Shown here one piece after another: positions 1-8,912 of a stretch of DNA of 64,000 nucleotides; positions within the stretch are counted from its first letter, which is position 1; the number at the start of each line of letters is the position of its first letter. The position numbers and the translations under genes were made by a program. Under the pieces are notes generated by a model. The model saw only the letters and a list, made by a program, of their open reading frames with translations. It was not told where the DNA came from and did not search any database. Location: assembly GCA_965116875.1 (NCBI GenBank), contig OZ220733.1, positions 4,224,001-4,288,000 on the forward strand. Reading direction: 5' to 3'. Source of the stretch: Candidatus Latescibacterota bacterium. GTDB taxonomy: Bacteria; Latescibacterota; UBA2968; GCA-2709665.

Positions 1-283
1 CGCTGTTGGCAATTCTGTGATCGGGGGTGAGCACCTTGCTGATCGCATCCACCAGCGGCGGAAGTTTCGCATAGTCCTGGAAGGGTCTGATATCAATGTC
101 GTAATTTACGATGGGCTGAAGGCGCTGTGCCTGGGGACCACGCACTTCTCGTGCAAAACAGTGTGCCCGGGCCGTGGCTCGACGAAGGTCGCGAATGAGC
201 GCCGGCGGGAGGATTTGCCGGAAAATCACGCACCCTCGTGTACGGTAGTCCCGGATCATGGAATCGCAGAATCTGAATCCCAT
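1..283 (-). CDS. Phytanoyl-CoA dioxygenase-like protein, N-terminal part (runs off window)
   Basis: Translated by hand (not in the ORF track): MGFRFCDSMIRDYRTRGCVIFRQILPPALIRDLRRA..., GGAGG RBS upstream of ATG at 283; the yxxxGxvifrqil-like start is typical of PhyH-family proteins. Confidence 0.55.
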   Translation of the reverse strand, partial: MGFRFCDSMIRDYRTRGCVIFRQILPPALIRDLRRATARAHCFAREVRGPQAQRLQPIVNYDIDIRPFQDYAKLPPLVDAISKVLTPDHRIANS

Positions 284-320
284 TTGCGCCTCCGCCTGTT
301 CGGACCGCCCGTTGCGGCCA

Positions 321-884
321 TCACGCCTTTCTGACGATATCGCCCACCCGAACGGTGCCTGGTTGAATCACGCGCGCGTTGAGACCGCGGAGCCGGAGCC
401 GCTTGCCCTGGCGCGAATTGACGAATTTCATGGCATCCACACCGAAACGGGACACGAACTTCCGGCAACCCGTATGGGGCTGCTCGGACACCCTGATCAC
501 GGCGGTGCCGAGCGACAATCGGGTACCGGCCGGCAGGTTGTCTTCGCTCAGGTCCAGGTCCACGTACAACTGGTCGCCGGCGAACTGCCAACGGCTGTTG
601 TCCTGTGCAACCAGTGCGGCGCACCGGGCGTTCATGACGGTGAGCTGTGTATAGGGATCGGCCGAGCCGTCCGGGGTTCGGGAACTGCCCCGGGACTTCC
701 AATTGTCTCCCACGAGGCCATCCGACGGGTGAAGTTCGCCCTCGGCGATCACTTCGCGCTGTTCGACGTCCGGCCGGCGCACGATCATCTTCAAAACGCC
801 TTCGTCTTCCGGTGAGTTTCGGACGTCGTCCAGACCCTGTTCGAGTTCCTTCGTTGTCAAGTGCCTTACATCGTCCATATTCAC
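321..884 (-). CDS. MOSC domain-containing protein
   Basis: GLVGD, GDQLYVDLDLS, PHTGCRKF and RGLNARVIQPGTVRVGD motifs. Confidence 0.85.
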   Translation of the reverse strand: MNMDDVRHLTTKELEQGLDDVRNSPEDEGVLKMIVRRPDVEQREVIAEGELHPSDGLVGDNWKSRGSSRTPDGSADPYTQLTVMNARCAALVAQDNSRWQFAGDQLYVDLDLSEDNLPAGTRLSLGTAVIRVSEQPHTGCRKFVSRFGVDAMKFVNSRQGKRLRLRGLNARVIQPGTVRVGDIVRKA

Positions 885-951
885 CCTCCGTCGTCGCGGT
901 TGCCGGGTTTGACAACCTGTTGCCGGGACTTTGCTCTGCCCGGATGAAGAA

Positions 952-1635
952 TCAGGTTCGGTCTGAAGGCCAGTCGAATCCGTACCCGACGCCTCTTACC
1001 GTGGAAATCGTACCATTGAAGTCGGCCAGTTTCGCTCTGAGTCGCGCGACGTGTACGTCGACGGTGCGCATTCCGCCGTGATAGTCGTACCCCCAGATGC
1101 GGTCGAGCAGATCCGAACGGGTAAAGACGCGACCCCGGTGTACGATCAGATATTTCAGCAGTTCGTATTCTTTCAACGTAAGGTCCAGGAGGGCGCCATT
1201 GACGCGGACTTCGTAACGGACCGGATTGATGACCAGTTCGTCCAGGCGGATCACGTCGCCACGCTCCGTCCGTCCCAGGTTCAGTCGCAAGCGGGTTTCC
1301 AACTGCTCCAGGGAGTACGGCTGCGTGATGAAGTCTGTGACTCCGGCAGAGAAGTCGATGGTTGAGACGCGGTCTTCGTCAGTGATCAGCAATACTGGCG
1401 TATTGCGCGAGGCGGGGGGCCGCAGCAGGCGTTGAACGCGTTTGGGCAGGTGGCCCGGGAACGTGTGGTCGACAACGAGGAGATCGGCCGGATTGCCCGG
1501 GAGACCGCCGGTGTCGGGCAAGGCAACACGGTCCTGGTTCCAGGCAAGGCGTGAAACGGAATGACCGATCGATTCCAAGTCTGCCTTCAGGCGCAACCCC
1601 TGTGTTTCACTGGCAAGCAGCAGGATGTGGGACAT
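952..1635 (-). CDS. OmpR-family winged-helix response regulator with atypical receiver (GlnR-like)
   Basis: C-terminal LDLTLKEYELLKYL...RVFTRSDLLDRIWGYDYHGGMRTVDVHVARLRAKL; degenerate receiver; start 1635 or 1665. Confidence 0.85.
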   Translation of the reverse strand: MSHILLLASETQGLRLKADLESIGHSVSRLAWNQDRVALPDTGGLPGNPADLLVVDHTFPGHLPKRVQRLLRPPASRNTPVLLITDEDRVSTIDFSAGVTDFITQPYSLEQLETRLRLNLGRTERGDVIRLDELVINPVRYEVRVNGALLDLTLKEYELLKYLIVHRGRVFTRSDLLDRIWGYDYHGGMRTVDVHVARLRAKLADFNGTISTVRGVGYGFDWPSDRT

Positions 1636-1744
1636 AAAATGGGCGTGGCGTCTTGCAGCGGACATGCGGCGGAGCTCGATCCGGACGGCGATCTGTCCGG
1701 TCTGTCCCGTACCGGTTGGACAGGGGCCTGGTTGCGGACGGCGG

Positions 1745-1774
1745 AAATTACAGAGCGCAGGTCAATTCTGTCAA
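1745..1774 (-). promoter_or_regulatory. sigma70-like promoter for the response regulator
   Basis: TTGACA (1774-1769), 18-bp spacer, TAATTT (1750-1745). Confidence 0.5.
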
Positions 1775-1792
1775 GGGATATCTAAATCTGCC

Positions 1793-1916
1793 AAAACCCC
1801 CGCACTACGGGCTCTTTGTGATGAATGGCGGGTCGTTCTTGCGTTGCAGCGGCATTCCGGATGCCTTTTACAACCCGAAAAAGGCCGAAACGCACGGCAG
1901 GCTCGGCCCATTCAAC
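1793..1916 (-). ncRNA. Candidate structured sRNA or attenuator leader
   Basis: Lies between a consensus promoter and a hairpin+T tract; internal stems GAATGG/CCATTC, GGCCGA/TCGGCC, GGCAT/ATGCC. Confidence 0.4.
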
Positions 1917-1922
1917 GGTATA

Positions 1923-1951
1923 AATATAGCAAATTGCCAACACAAAGTCAA
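1923..1951 (-). promoter_or_regulatory. sigma70-like promoter
   Basis: TTGACT (1951-1946), 17 bp, TATATT (1928-1923). Confidence 0.65.
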
Positions 1952-1984
1952 TAAATTTAAATCCTTTAAAAACAGAATTTTATA

Positions 1985-2013
1985 TTGACTTTTCCGTCTG
2001 TGTGCCGTAATTT
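1985..2013 (+). promoter_or_regulatory. sigma70-like promoter for the 2101 operon
   Basis: TTGACT (1985-1990), 17 bp, TAATTT (2008-2013). Confidence 0.6.
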
Positions 2014-2100
2014 TATCCTCAGACGGCTCATTCATTTTCCCGTTCAATCTCTACCAGCGGTTGCTGGAGAGACCTTTCCGCGTTCACGGGAAGGGTTACC

Positions 2101-3117
2101 ATGAAACGGAAACCGGTCATTCGCCGCCGGGATTCCTGTGCGGTCTGCGGGGTGAAGATTCCCGCGGAACGCAGGTCGGAAATGCCCGGCGTGTCGACCT
2201 GCCTGCAGTGCCAGCAACAGCAGGAATTGCGGCGTCCGCCTGTGGATGATCGTAACGAAGCACAACGCGGCGCCCCTGAGCCGGCCGTCCGCGATTCAGT
2301 GGAGGTGAAGGGAAATCTGGTATTGGCCGGGGATTGGTCCGGACGCCTCATCGACCTGGTCGGTCGCGAAAGCGAGGTACGGGGGCTCCTGGCGAAAGGT
2401 GAAGCCGATCAGGCTCGAACGCTGGTGCAGGCGCTTCCCGTGGAGGAGCAGGCCGCGCTCGTGGCGATGAGCGATGCGCCGGAGGAGATGCTCTCGATGA
2501 CGGGCGCCGACAGCTCCGGCGTTCCGGGCTACAGCCCCGGGGTTGTGGCGCTGCTGCCCGCCGAGACACTGGGAAACATGATTTCAATAGACCCCGACGA
2601 ACGGAAGTTCAATACGGAACTGATCCGGGCGATGTCCCCAGCCGTTCTGCAAAGCACGATGGCAGAAACACTGGACAGGGTGGACAATCCTGGCTTGCGA
2701 ACGCGTGTCTCCTGGGAGTGGCTTCAGGCACTGGCGACGCTCAAGGAGTCCGACCGCAGGGCGGAGTTTCTGCGCGCCGTGGATCCGTCCTATCTGGAAG
2801 ACGCGCTGCTGGACAGGCTGGAACATCTGAATCTGAATGAGGTCGTCGGTTTTGGTGGCTTTCAGGTATACCGCTTTCGGCTTTTTTCCTCCGAGGGTCT
2901 CGGCGGGACCCGGCCCAGCGCGTTTATCGACGATCCGGAGACCGGCAAGGTGCTCGATGCGCTCTATGAAGCGGCGCCGGCCCTGCTTTCAAATGCGATT
3001 CGCGGGGCGTGGGAGCGGTCTGACGCCGAAGATGAAGAAGCCAATGCGGGGCGGGAAGCGGAGTCGAATCAGGCAGGCACGGTGGAGCGGTCGAATGAAC
3101 CTTCTGACGGGCGTTGA
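2101..3117 (+). CDS. Hypothetical protein with N-terminal DksA/TraR C4 zinc finger
   Basis: CAVCGVKIPAERRSEMPGVSTCLQCQ matches CxxCG.xIp..R....P....C..CQ; remainder is a helical domain of unknown function. Confidence 0.75.
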   Translation: MKRKPVIRRRDSCAVCGVKIPAERRSEMPGVSTCLQCQQQQELRRPPVDDRNEAQRGAPEPAVRDSVEVKGNLVLAGDWSGRLIDLVGRESEVRGLLAKGEADQARTLVQALPVEEQAALVAMSDAPEEMLSMTGADSSGVPGYSPGVVALLPAETLGNMISIDPDERKFNTELIRAMSPAVLQSTMAETLDRVDNPGLRTRVSWEWLQALATLKESDRRAEFLRAVDPSYLEDALLDRLEHLNLNEVVGFGGFQVYRFRLFSSEGLGGTRPSAFIDDPETGKVLDALYEAAPALLSNAIRGAWERSDAEDEEANAGREAESNQAGTVERSNEPSDGR

Positions 3118-3997
3118 CTTCGACAGACTCAGGGTCGAATCTGAGGGGTTCCTGGGACAGGCCATCACCCTGGGGATCCGGTACGGAAGACTGTCCGAAC
3201 ATACGCCTGACGTTCTGCTGGCCTTTCTGCGCACAGCGGGGATGAGATTCGGCCAACGGTACCGTACCGGGCTCGCCGTTTCACGGGATGTACTGGAGGC
3301 GGGTGTCGGCAAGACGCTGGTCAGCCTTGAACTGGGCCTGAAAGTCATGTCGGAGCAGGATCTCAACCGTGGCGTGGACCTGCTTGCCGAAGGCGATTTC
3401 GAGAAAATTCGCAAACGGGGCTGGGAGGAAGCATACGTGCGTATTGAGGAGATGAACCGCGTATGCCGTTCGATCCAGGGAAGGCCGGAGTCGCGCCTGT
3501 TGCGCGACTACGCGTCTCAAATCGACTGCTGGTCCCGCGTGGTCCCGGAGACCTGGATGGTTTCAGCGGTGGAGGATGAAGACGAACACTTCGTGGACCC
3601 TTTGAAAGACTACGCCGGGTTTCGCGAACTGCACGCACGCCTGTGCTTCATCCGGCTTCTTCCGTCGTCTGTTCTGCAGCCCTTCGCCGAGGCCGTGAAC
3701 GAGTGCGGGTTCAGCGATTTCGTTCGACACCTTATTCTGGCGCTGGCGTTGGACCAGGAGACACTGGTCCCCGGCTCACGTGAAATATCCGTCTTTGAGT
3801 CGGACTGTCTCGGATCGGAAGGCTTCGCGTCCTGGGCGCGCGACAAGGTCCTGGCAAAGGCGAACGAGATGGCGCGCAAGGCGGTGGATGACTCGCAACT
3901 GCGGATGTTGTTGACGCAGGAGGTGGAAGACGAGATGGCCTGCCTGACCGGGCTCAAGGCCGACTCGCTTGCGGGCGCATTCGTAATCGATTCCTGA
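3095..3997 (+). CDS. Hypothetical helical protein overlapping the upstream gene
   Basis: ATG at 3095 (MNLLTGVDF...) with GGAG upstream; 23-nt overlap with previous CDS; coding-like codon usage. Confidence 0.7.
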   Translation: MNLLTGVDFDRLRVESEGFLGQAITLGIRYGRLSEHTPDVLLAFLRTAGMRFGQRYRTGLAVSRDVLEAGVGKTLVSLELGLKVMSEQDLNRGVDLLAEGDFEKIRKRGWEEAYVRIEEMNRVCRSIQGRPESRLLRDYASQIDCWSRVVPETWMVSAVEDEDEHFVDPLKDYAGFRELHARLCFIRLLPSSVLQPFAEAVNECGFSDFVRHLILALALDQETLVPGSREISVFESDCLGSEGFASWARDKVLAKANEMARKAVDDSQLRMLLTQEVEDEMACLTGLKADSLAGAFVIDS

Positions 3998-4043
3998 TCC
4001 GGTTCCGCCAGGGACCTGGTTCGGGGCACATCCCTTCCGGCCT

Positions 4044-4454
4044 TCAGGTCCCGGACTCTTTCTCGGCGGCGCGGCGGCGTGATTCCCGGCCCTTGTCAGG
4101 CGTGGGATCCTTTACGAGACCGTATGACTCCCGGCCTTCGTGACCCTCCGGCAGGTATTCGGTAACGGGCAGGCCATCGGGGGTGACGAAGAGCAGGCAG
4201 TGGCAATATTTGTAGATCTTCATCTCGTCGCAGGCGCAGATCCATTCCCTGCTGCGTTCGAGTTCGGCTTTCTTGTCGGGATAGAAGTTGCACGGGCACA
4301 ATGGACGACCGAGTTCGTCGACGTTGGCCGCCAGGCCGTTGACAACGGCTTCCGTGATTCCCCGGTCGGGATGACCGTTCGTGCCGGTTTTCTCGCAGTA
4401 TTTCTCAAAGTAGACCCACATACGCTTCAGGCTTTTTTCCGATGGCTGGTCCAT
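4044..4454 (-). CDS. Ferredoxin-thioredoxin reductase catalytic subunit-like protein
   Basis: PLCPC...WICAC...YCHCLLF Fe-S/disulfide motifs. Confidence 0.85.
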   Translation of the reverse strand: MDQPSEKSLKRMWVYFEKYCEKTGTNGHPDRGITEAVVNGLAANVDELGRPLCPCNFYPDKKAELERSREWICACDEMKIYKYCHCLLFVTPDGLPVTEYLPEGHEGRESYGLVKDPTPDKGRESRRRAAEKESGT

Positions 4455-4505
4455 TGGTGGTTTCCCGTGTGACGGGGGTTGTCCGTGTAAAGGAAACAGG
4501 ATATT

Positions 4506-5321
4506 CTAACGGAGACCGTCGAGATAGTCCATGGATTTTCTGAGTTCGGCTTTGGGGTCGCTTCCCGGAGGGATGGCGCATTCAAAACCGCTGAAATATT
4601 CGTAACCGATATCGTCCAGGGCCTTCAGGGCCGGCCTGAAGTCGGTGTGCCCGTAGCCCGGTAGGACCCGGTTGCTGTCGGCAAGATGCACGTTCGTGAT
4701 CCGATCTCCGCAGTTGCGGATCGCCGTTGCCATATCGGACTCTTCAATGCTCATGTGAAAGAAGTCCGCCATCAGACTGACCCCGGGGCTGTCTGCGGCA
4801 TCGCAGATCTCGAGCCCGTCCGAGAGGGTACACGGCCACCATTGTTCGTAGCGGTTGAGCGGTTCGATGATGACGCTGCATCCGCAGGCTTCGGCGTGCG
4901 GTCCGATATCGTGTTTCAGGATTTCGGTGAGCAACCTCGATTCCAGGTGCGCGGTGGTCGCAAACGGAGACAGATCCGGAATACGGTGGCCATGCTGGAG
5001 TTTGATCGCGATCAGCGGAGGGAAAATGACCCCGACACCGCCCAGATCGCCGCAAAGTGTGAGCGCGTCCCTGAGGTCTTGCGCAGCCCGCGTGCGTTCC
5101 TCGGGCCTGGCATCCAGGAGGCCCATCGATCCCCTGATCGAAAAAACGTTGGGGATGACGCCGGTCTGTGCGGATGCCCTGCGGATCTCGCCGGCGTGCG
5201 ACGCTGAACTGCTGGTGGTGATTTCGATGCCCTGGATGCCGATATCCGCGAGATTGCGGAATTTCTCCAGAATGGTGTTCCCCGGCGCCATATTTTCGCG
5301 AATGGAGTATTTCAGCGGCAT
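4506..5321 (-). CDS. Sugar phosphate isomerase/epimerase (xylose isomerase-like TIM barrel)
   Basis: IEPLNRYE, ADFFHM, HLADSNR, PGYGHTDF motifs; start MPLKYSIRE at 5321 supported by the promoter at 5412-5440. Confidence 0.85.
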   Translation of the reverse strand: MPLKYSIRENMAPGNTILEKFRNLADIGIQGIEITTSSSASHAGEIRRASAQTGVIPNVFSIRGSMGLLDARPEERTRAAQDLRDALTLCGDLGGVGVIFPPLIAIKLQHGHRIPDLSPFATTAHLESRLLTEILKHDIGPHAEACGCSVIIEPLNRYEQWWPCTLSDGLEICDAADSPGVSLMADFFHMSIEESDMATAIRNCGDRITNVHLADSNRVLPGYGHTDFRPALKALDDIGYEYFSGFECAIPPGSDPKAELRKSMDYLDGLR

Positions 5322-5411
5322 TTCGGGTTTCCTGACGGTTTGGGGCAAGGCTGCCCGATCCACGTTCGTTGGCGGGCATCGGAACAATGCTGACAGGCGC
5401 GTTGAGCGCGC

Positions 5412-5440
5412 AATATAGTGTCTGCTGCAAGGCGTGTCAA
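5412..5440 (-). promoter_or_regulatory. sigma70-like promoter
   Basis: TTGACA, 17 bp, TATATT. Confidence 0.65.
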
Positions 5441-5510
5441 GTGGCGCACCTTCCGTTATTGCGGCGCGGTACGACACCGCCGTGGCCCCGGGGTGGAAGC
5501 CCCCACCGCG

Positions 5511-8063
5511 TCACTCCGATGTTGAAAGCGTCAATCTGGCGCTTTCAATCCTGTCGATCCGGAACGGACGTTCGCCTTTGCGGTGCCTGCAGAAGCCATA
5601 CAGTACCCCGTCATCCACAAGAATCGGCTCAATCGAACGGGACGTGGTTTTGGCGCTGCGTTCGGCCGTGAAGACAATCACAAGGCAGAGGCGATGTTCC
5701 ATGGCGTAGTCGATCAACCGACCGATGTCACCCTCGCCGGTGGCGGGGTTCGCGCCCTTGTATTGGGAGAGCGCCTGGACGTCGTCGCGGTACGGCCCGC
5801 CTCTGAAGAGCGACTCAAAGGACCGGCAACAGTCGTTCAAAACGCTTCTGCATTCGCTGTCAGGTATGCCCTGGAGGCTCCTTCGTACACGTTTCCGGAG
5901 GCTTTCCAGATCCTCCGGAAGCGGAATCGAACGCGCGCTGAAAGACTGAACGGCGGTCTCCAGGAATCCCGCCAGTTGCAGCAGTTCCGACCGCTTCAGT
6001 GAAAGACTGTGCTGTTCATCGTCCGGTTTTCCGCTGGCCACGGTCGGCATATAGCCGCGCCCGTTCAGGGCATCCACGAGTTCGTCGATGCGCGTCGACG
6101 GGTTGAGTGCGGCCGTCGTCGGCGAGAGTCGAACGCCGAGCAGGGAAGCCACCTTGTTCTGTACCAGGAGTTCGTCCAGCAGTTCGGGTCGTTCGCTGAC
6201 CAGATAGCCGGAAGCCGGCGCGATTTCAATCTCACCGTGTTTGCGTTCGCACTCCTGGATCAGGGCGTCCACCATCTCCGGCAAACCGGTGGCGCTGTGG
6301 GTCCGAAAAAACTCCCTGAGAGAAGCTCCATCCCATCCCCTGCTCATTGCCTTGTGGACAGTCTGCGGCGAGACCCGGAATCTTGCCAGTACGTCGACTT
6401 CCCTGAGTTCCGCAATGGAAAACAGCCGGATGTACAGGGCGAAGGACAGGTCCGGCGGAGAGAGGATTTCAAGATTGGGCTGCAGGATAAACCGTCCGTT
6501 GCGACGGGAGGAGGACTCTCCGTTGGTTCTCGCCGGCTCCCGGCCCTGGATGAGCGCCGCGCCGGATCCGGTGAGCTTGAAGACGCCACGGTGATCCGGC
6601 TCGAGGGGTTCGGCGAAAGCGTCAGGGTTTCCGATAACGACAATGCCCATCCATGTCAGCGAGGAAACGAGAATGCGTCTGAGCAGTTCGTCTCCGCCGC
6701 CGCGGACAGGATCTCGCGCCGCCCTTGGACGTCCGTCGAGGCGGGCGAAAGATTCGGATCGGCGCGTGAGCAACGTGTAGAACCGGGGATAGGATATCCA
6801 GCTGTCTTCGGGACAGTTGGCAAGGCAGTCCAGCAGGTCGCGGCGAAGCGCTCTGAGCGTGTCCGTCCTGTTGCGTACCCGCGTGCCGGACCGTTCCGTG
6901 GTCCATTCATTCCAGCGGTCGGTCTCCCGCCAGAGCGCGAAGAGCGCGTTTCGGACGTCGAACGCATGGTTGAGCCGGTCGGCAACGTCAGCGGCCAGAC
7001 GCCATGTACCGGCATCCCGCCGGATGAATCCGGTCGTTTCGGCAAACAGCAACAGGAATTCGGTATAACCCGGATCGATATCGCCCCGGTAATATTTGTT
7101 CACGTCCCTGAGACGTGCCCTGGAAACCCCGCCCTGTTTCAGTACCCGCGGCCTGCGCTGCTCGACGAATCCGAGAAGGGTGCACAGATTGGGTACCAGG
7201 AAGGACGTATGCTCCCGGGTCAGCGAGGGGTCCGGCCCGGTGTTCACCACGTTCTTCTCGAACGTGTCATCGATCTGGTCGCCCAGGGCCTGAATAGCGG
7301 GTTTCAGATCCGTAGCCAGGTGCATCTGCGTATCTGTCAGGAGTCGATCCGTCGAATGGAAAAACAGGGGCGTCTTCCATACCATCTCGTCGAGCGCACG
7401 CAGTCCTTCTTCGCCCATGGCGCTGAGGATTTCACCCTGCGTGACGGCATCTCCGGCCACGGCGAGGTCCAGAATGGCTCTCTTCGTTTCCGGCAGGCTG
7501 TTCATGTAGGCCTTCAGATGCTCCGGATCCAGTAGCCGGATGCGGATGGCGCGCGCCAGTAAAACGCGCCGGGAGTCTTCATACGGGCAGCTCAGTTCCC
7601 TCGCGAATGCGCGAAGGAGCCCGATCGACTGCGACTGCATCAGGCTGCGGAGCCTCCCCCGATCCCCGGCCGGCAGGGGAATGGCCTTCAGGATCGGTTC
7701 CGGAATACCCACGAGATGGACGCCAGTCCCGAGGGTTTCGGCATCTTCGAAGACCAGGCCGATTTCGGAGACCGCGTCCTGCATGGTCTGGAATCGGTGG
7801 GTAAATCCCGCCCCCAACTCGTCTACGGCGTCTTCCTTGAGAAGTTCGCCTCCCTCTGCGGCCAGAGCGACCACATATTCCCTGTGCTGGGGCTTGAGCC
7901 CATCCATGTGTTTGCCCACCAGCGACGGGTTGGAAAGGTGGCTGCACAGCATATCGATCAGCACCGTCTTGTTGGCGCCGGGTTGAATCGGCAGGTCGGT
8001 TGCGTCGGCGATCCGGCGGAGCCTGCTGGTGGTCTGGAGGCTGAGTACGGCTCGCAGCTTCAT
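5511..8063 (-). CDS. Helicase-associated (XPB/Ssl2 N-terminal-like, Helicase_C_3) domain protein with C-terminal WYL domain
   Basis: FILQPNLEILSPP...FRVSPQTVHKAMSRG...HSATGLPEMV (helicase-associated domain); RSIEP...LYGFCRHRKGERPFRIDRI (WYL). Confidence 0.8.
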   Translation of the reverse strand: MKLRAVLSLQTTSRLRRIADATDLPIQPGANKTVLIDMLCSHLSNPSLVGKHMDGLKPQHREYVVALAAEGGELLKEDAVDELGAGFTHRFQTMQDAVSEIGLVFEDAETLGTGVHLVGIPEPILKAIPLPAGDRGRLRSLMQSQSIGLLRAFARELSCPYEDSRRVLLARAIRIRLLDPEHLKAYMNSLPETKRAILDLAVAGDAVTQGEILSAMGEEGLRALDEMVWKTPLFFHSTDRLLTDTQMHLATDLKPAIQALGDQIDDTFEKNVVNTGPDPSLTREHTSFLVPNLCTLLGFVEQRRPRVLKQGGVSRARLRDVNKYYRGDIDPGYTEFLLLFAETTGFIRRDAGTWRLAADVADRLNHAFDVRNALFALWRETDRWNEWTTERSGTRVRNRTDTLRALRRDLLDCLANCPEDSWISYPRFYTLLTRRSESFARLDGRPRAARDPVRGGGDELLRRILVSSLTWMGIVVIGNPDAFAEPLEPDHRGVFKLTGSGAALIQGREPARTNGESSSRRNGRFILQPNLEILSPPDLSFALYIRLFSIAELREVDVLARFRVSPQTVHKAMSRGWDGASLREFFRTHSATGLPEMVDALIQECERKHGEIEIAPASGYLVSERPELLDELLVQNKVASLLGVRLSPTTAALNPSTRIDELVDALNGRGYMPTVASGKPDDEQHSLSLKRSELLQLAGFLETAVQSFSARSIPLPEDLESLRKRVRRSLQGIPDSECRSVLNDCCRSFESLFRGGPYRDDVQALSQYKGANPATGEGDIGRLIDYAMEHRLCLVIVFTAERSAKTTSRSIEPILVDDGVLYGFCRHRKGERPFRIDRIESARLTLSTSE

Positions 8064-8152
8064 CGTTCACCCTGAGTTCTGCGTTTTGAAGGCTTGTATG
8101 GTGCGCAGACACGAAAATACCGACTCTCCACGTCGGTTATCCTGCCTGAACC

Positions 8153-8181
8153 AGTATAGAAAAAACAACAGGTTGTGTCAA
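8153..8181 (-). promoter_or_regulatory. sigma70-like promoter for the WYL protein
   Basis: TTGACA (8181-8176), 17 bp, TATACT (8158-8153). Confidence 0.7.
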
Positions 8182-8311
8182 GCCGCAATACCCGCTTCCG
8201 GTCGGAAGAGAAAAAGCGGGATCTTGAGCATTCAATCCATATATTGTCGCGGCGCCTGCCGGCACTTCGAGCGGGGTCTTCCCCGCATGACGTGAATCTC
8301 TCTGAGTCCCA

Positions 8312-8911
8312 ATGACCCTATTCTACGCTCAACGGGCTGTTGCCAGGGCAATATCGGCGATTCTCAGCCCCCCGCTCACGGCGGGCTGTATGTCGATCCT
8401 GCTGATTTCAGGGATGCAGGCGCCGCCGAATCACCGCGTATTGTGGCTGAGTATCTGTTTGACATTTGCAACCTGTCTCCCGATGCTGTTCGTGGGCTTC
8501 CTGGTGGCGCGCAAGAAGGTGGACGGATGGTATATCGCGGTTCGATCCCGCCGGCTGATTCCGCTACTGGTGAGTTCAACGAGTTGTTTTGCCGGATTCA
8601 TACTGCTGCGCGCCGCATGCGCGCCGCCGCCGATGTGCGCGTTTTTGCTCGGTTACGGCGTATTGGGACTGCTGGCCGCCGCGGTGAACACGCGGTGGAA
8701 GATCAGCCTTCACTGTGCGGGCGTGTTCGGTCCGTTGGCGATGCTCCATCATCTGATCGGTCCTTCGGTCCTGTACTGGCTGCCCGTTCCGCTTGCGGTT
8801 TCGTGGGCGCGCCTGGTTCTTGGCGCGCACTCTGTTACCGAGGTCGTGGCGGGCTGCGGGACAGGCTTTCTCGTTATGTGGGGCGTCGTCGCCCTGTACC
8901 TGGCAGCTTGA
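8312..8911 (+). CDS. PAP2-superfamily membrane protein
   Basis: Hydrophobic; WKISLH and SWARLVLGAHSVTEVVAG motifs. Confidence 0.75.
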   Translation: MTLFYAQRAVARAISAILSPPLTAGCMSILLISGMQAPPNHRVLWLSICLTFATCLPMLFVGFLVARKKVDGWYIAVRSRRLIPLLVSSTSCFAGFILLRAACAPPPMCAFLLGYGVLGLLAAAVNTRWKISLHCAGVFGPLAMLHHLIGPSVLYWLPVPLAVSWARLVLGAHSVTEVVAGCGTGFLVMWGVVALYLAA

Positions 8912-8912
8912 A

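Noticed and set aside
1925-1945. sigma54 promoter (TTGGCAATTTGC)
   Set aside because: GG-to-GC spacing is wrong; better explained as a sigma70 spacer
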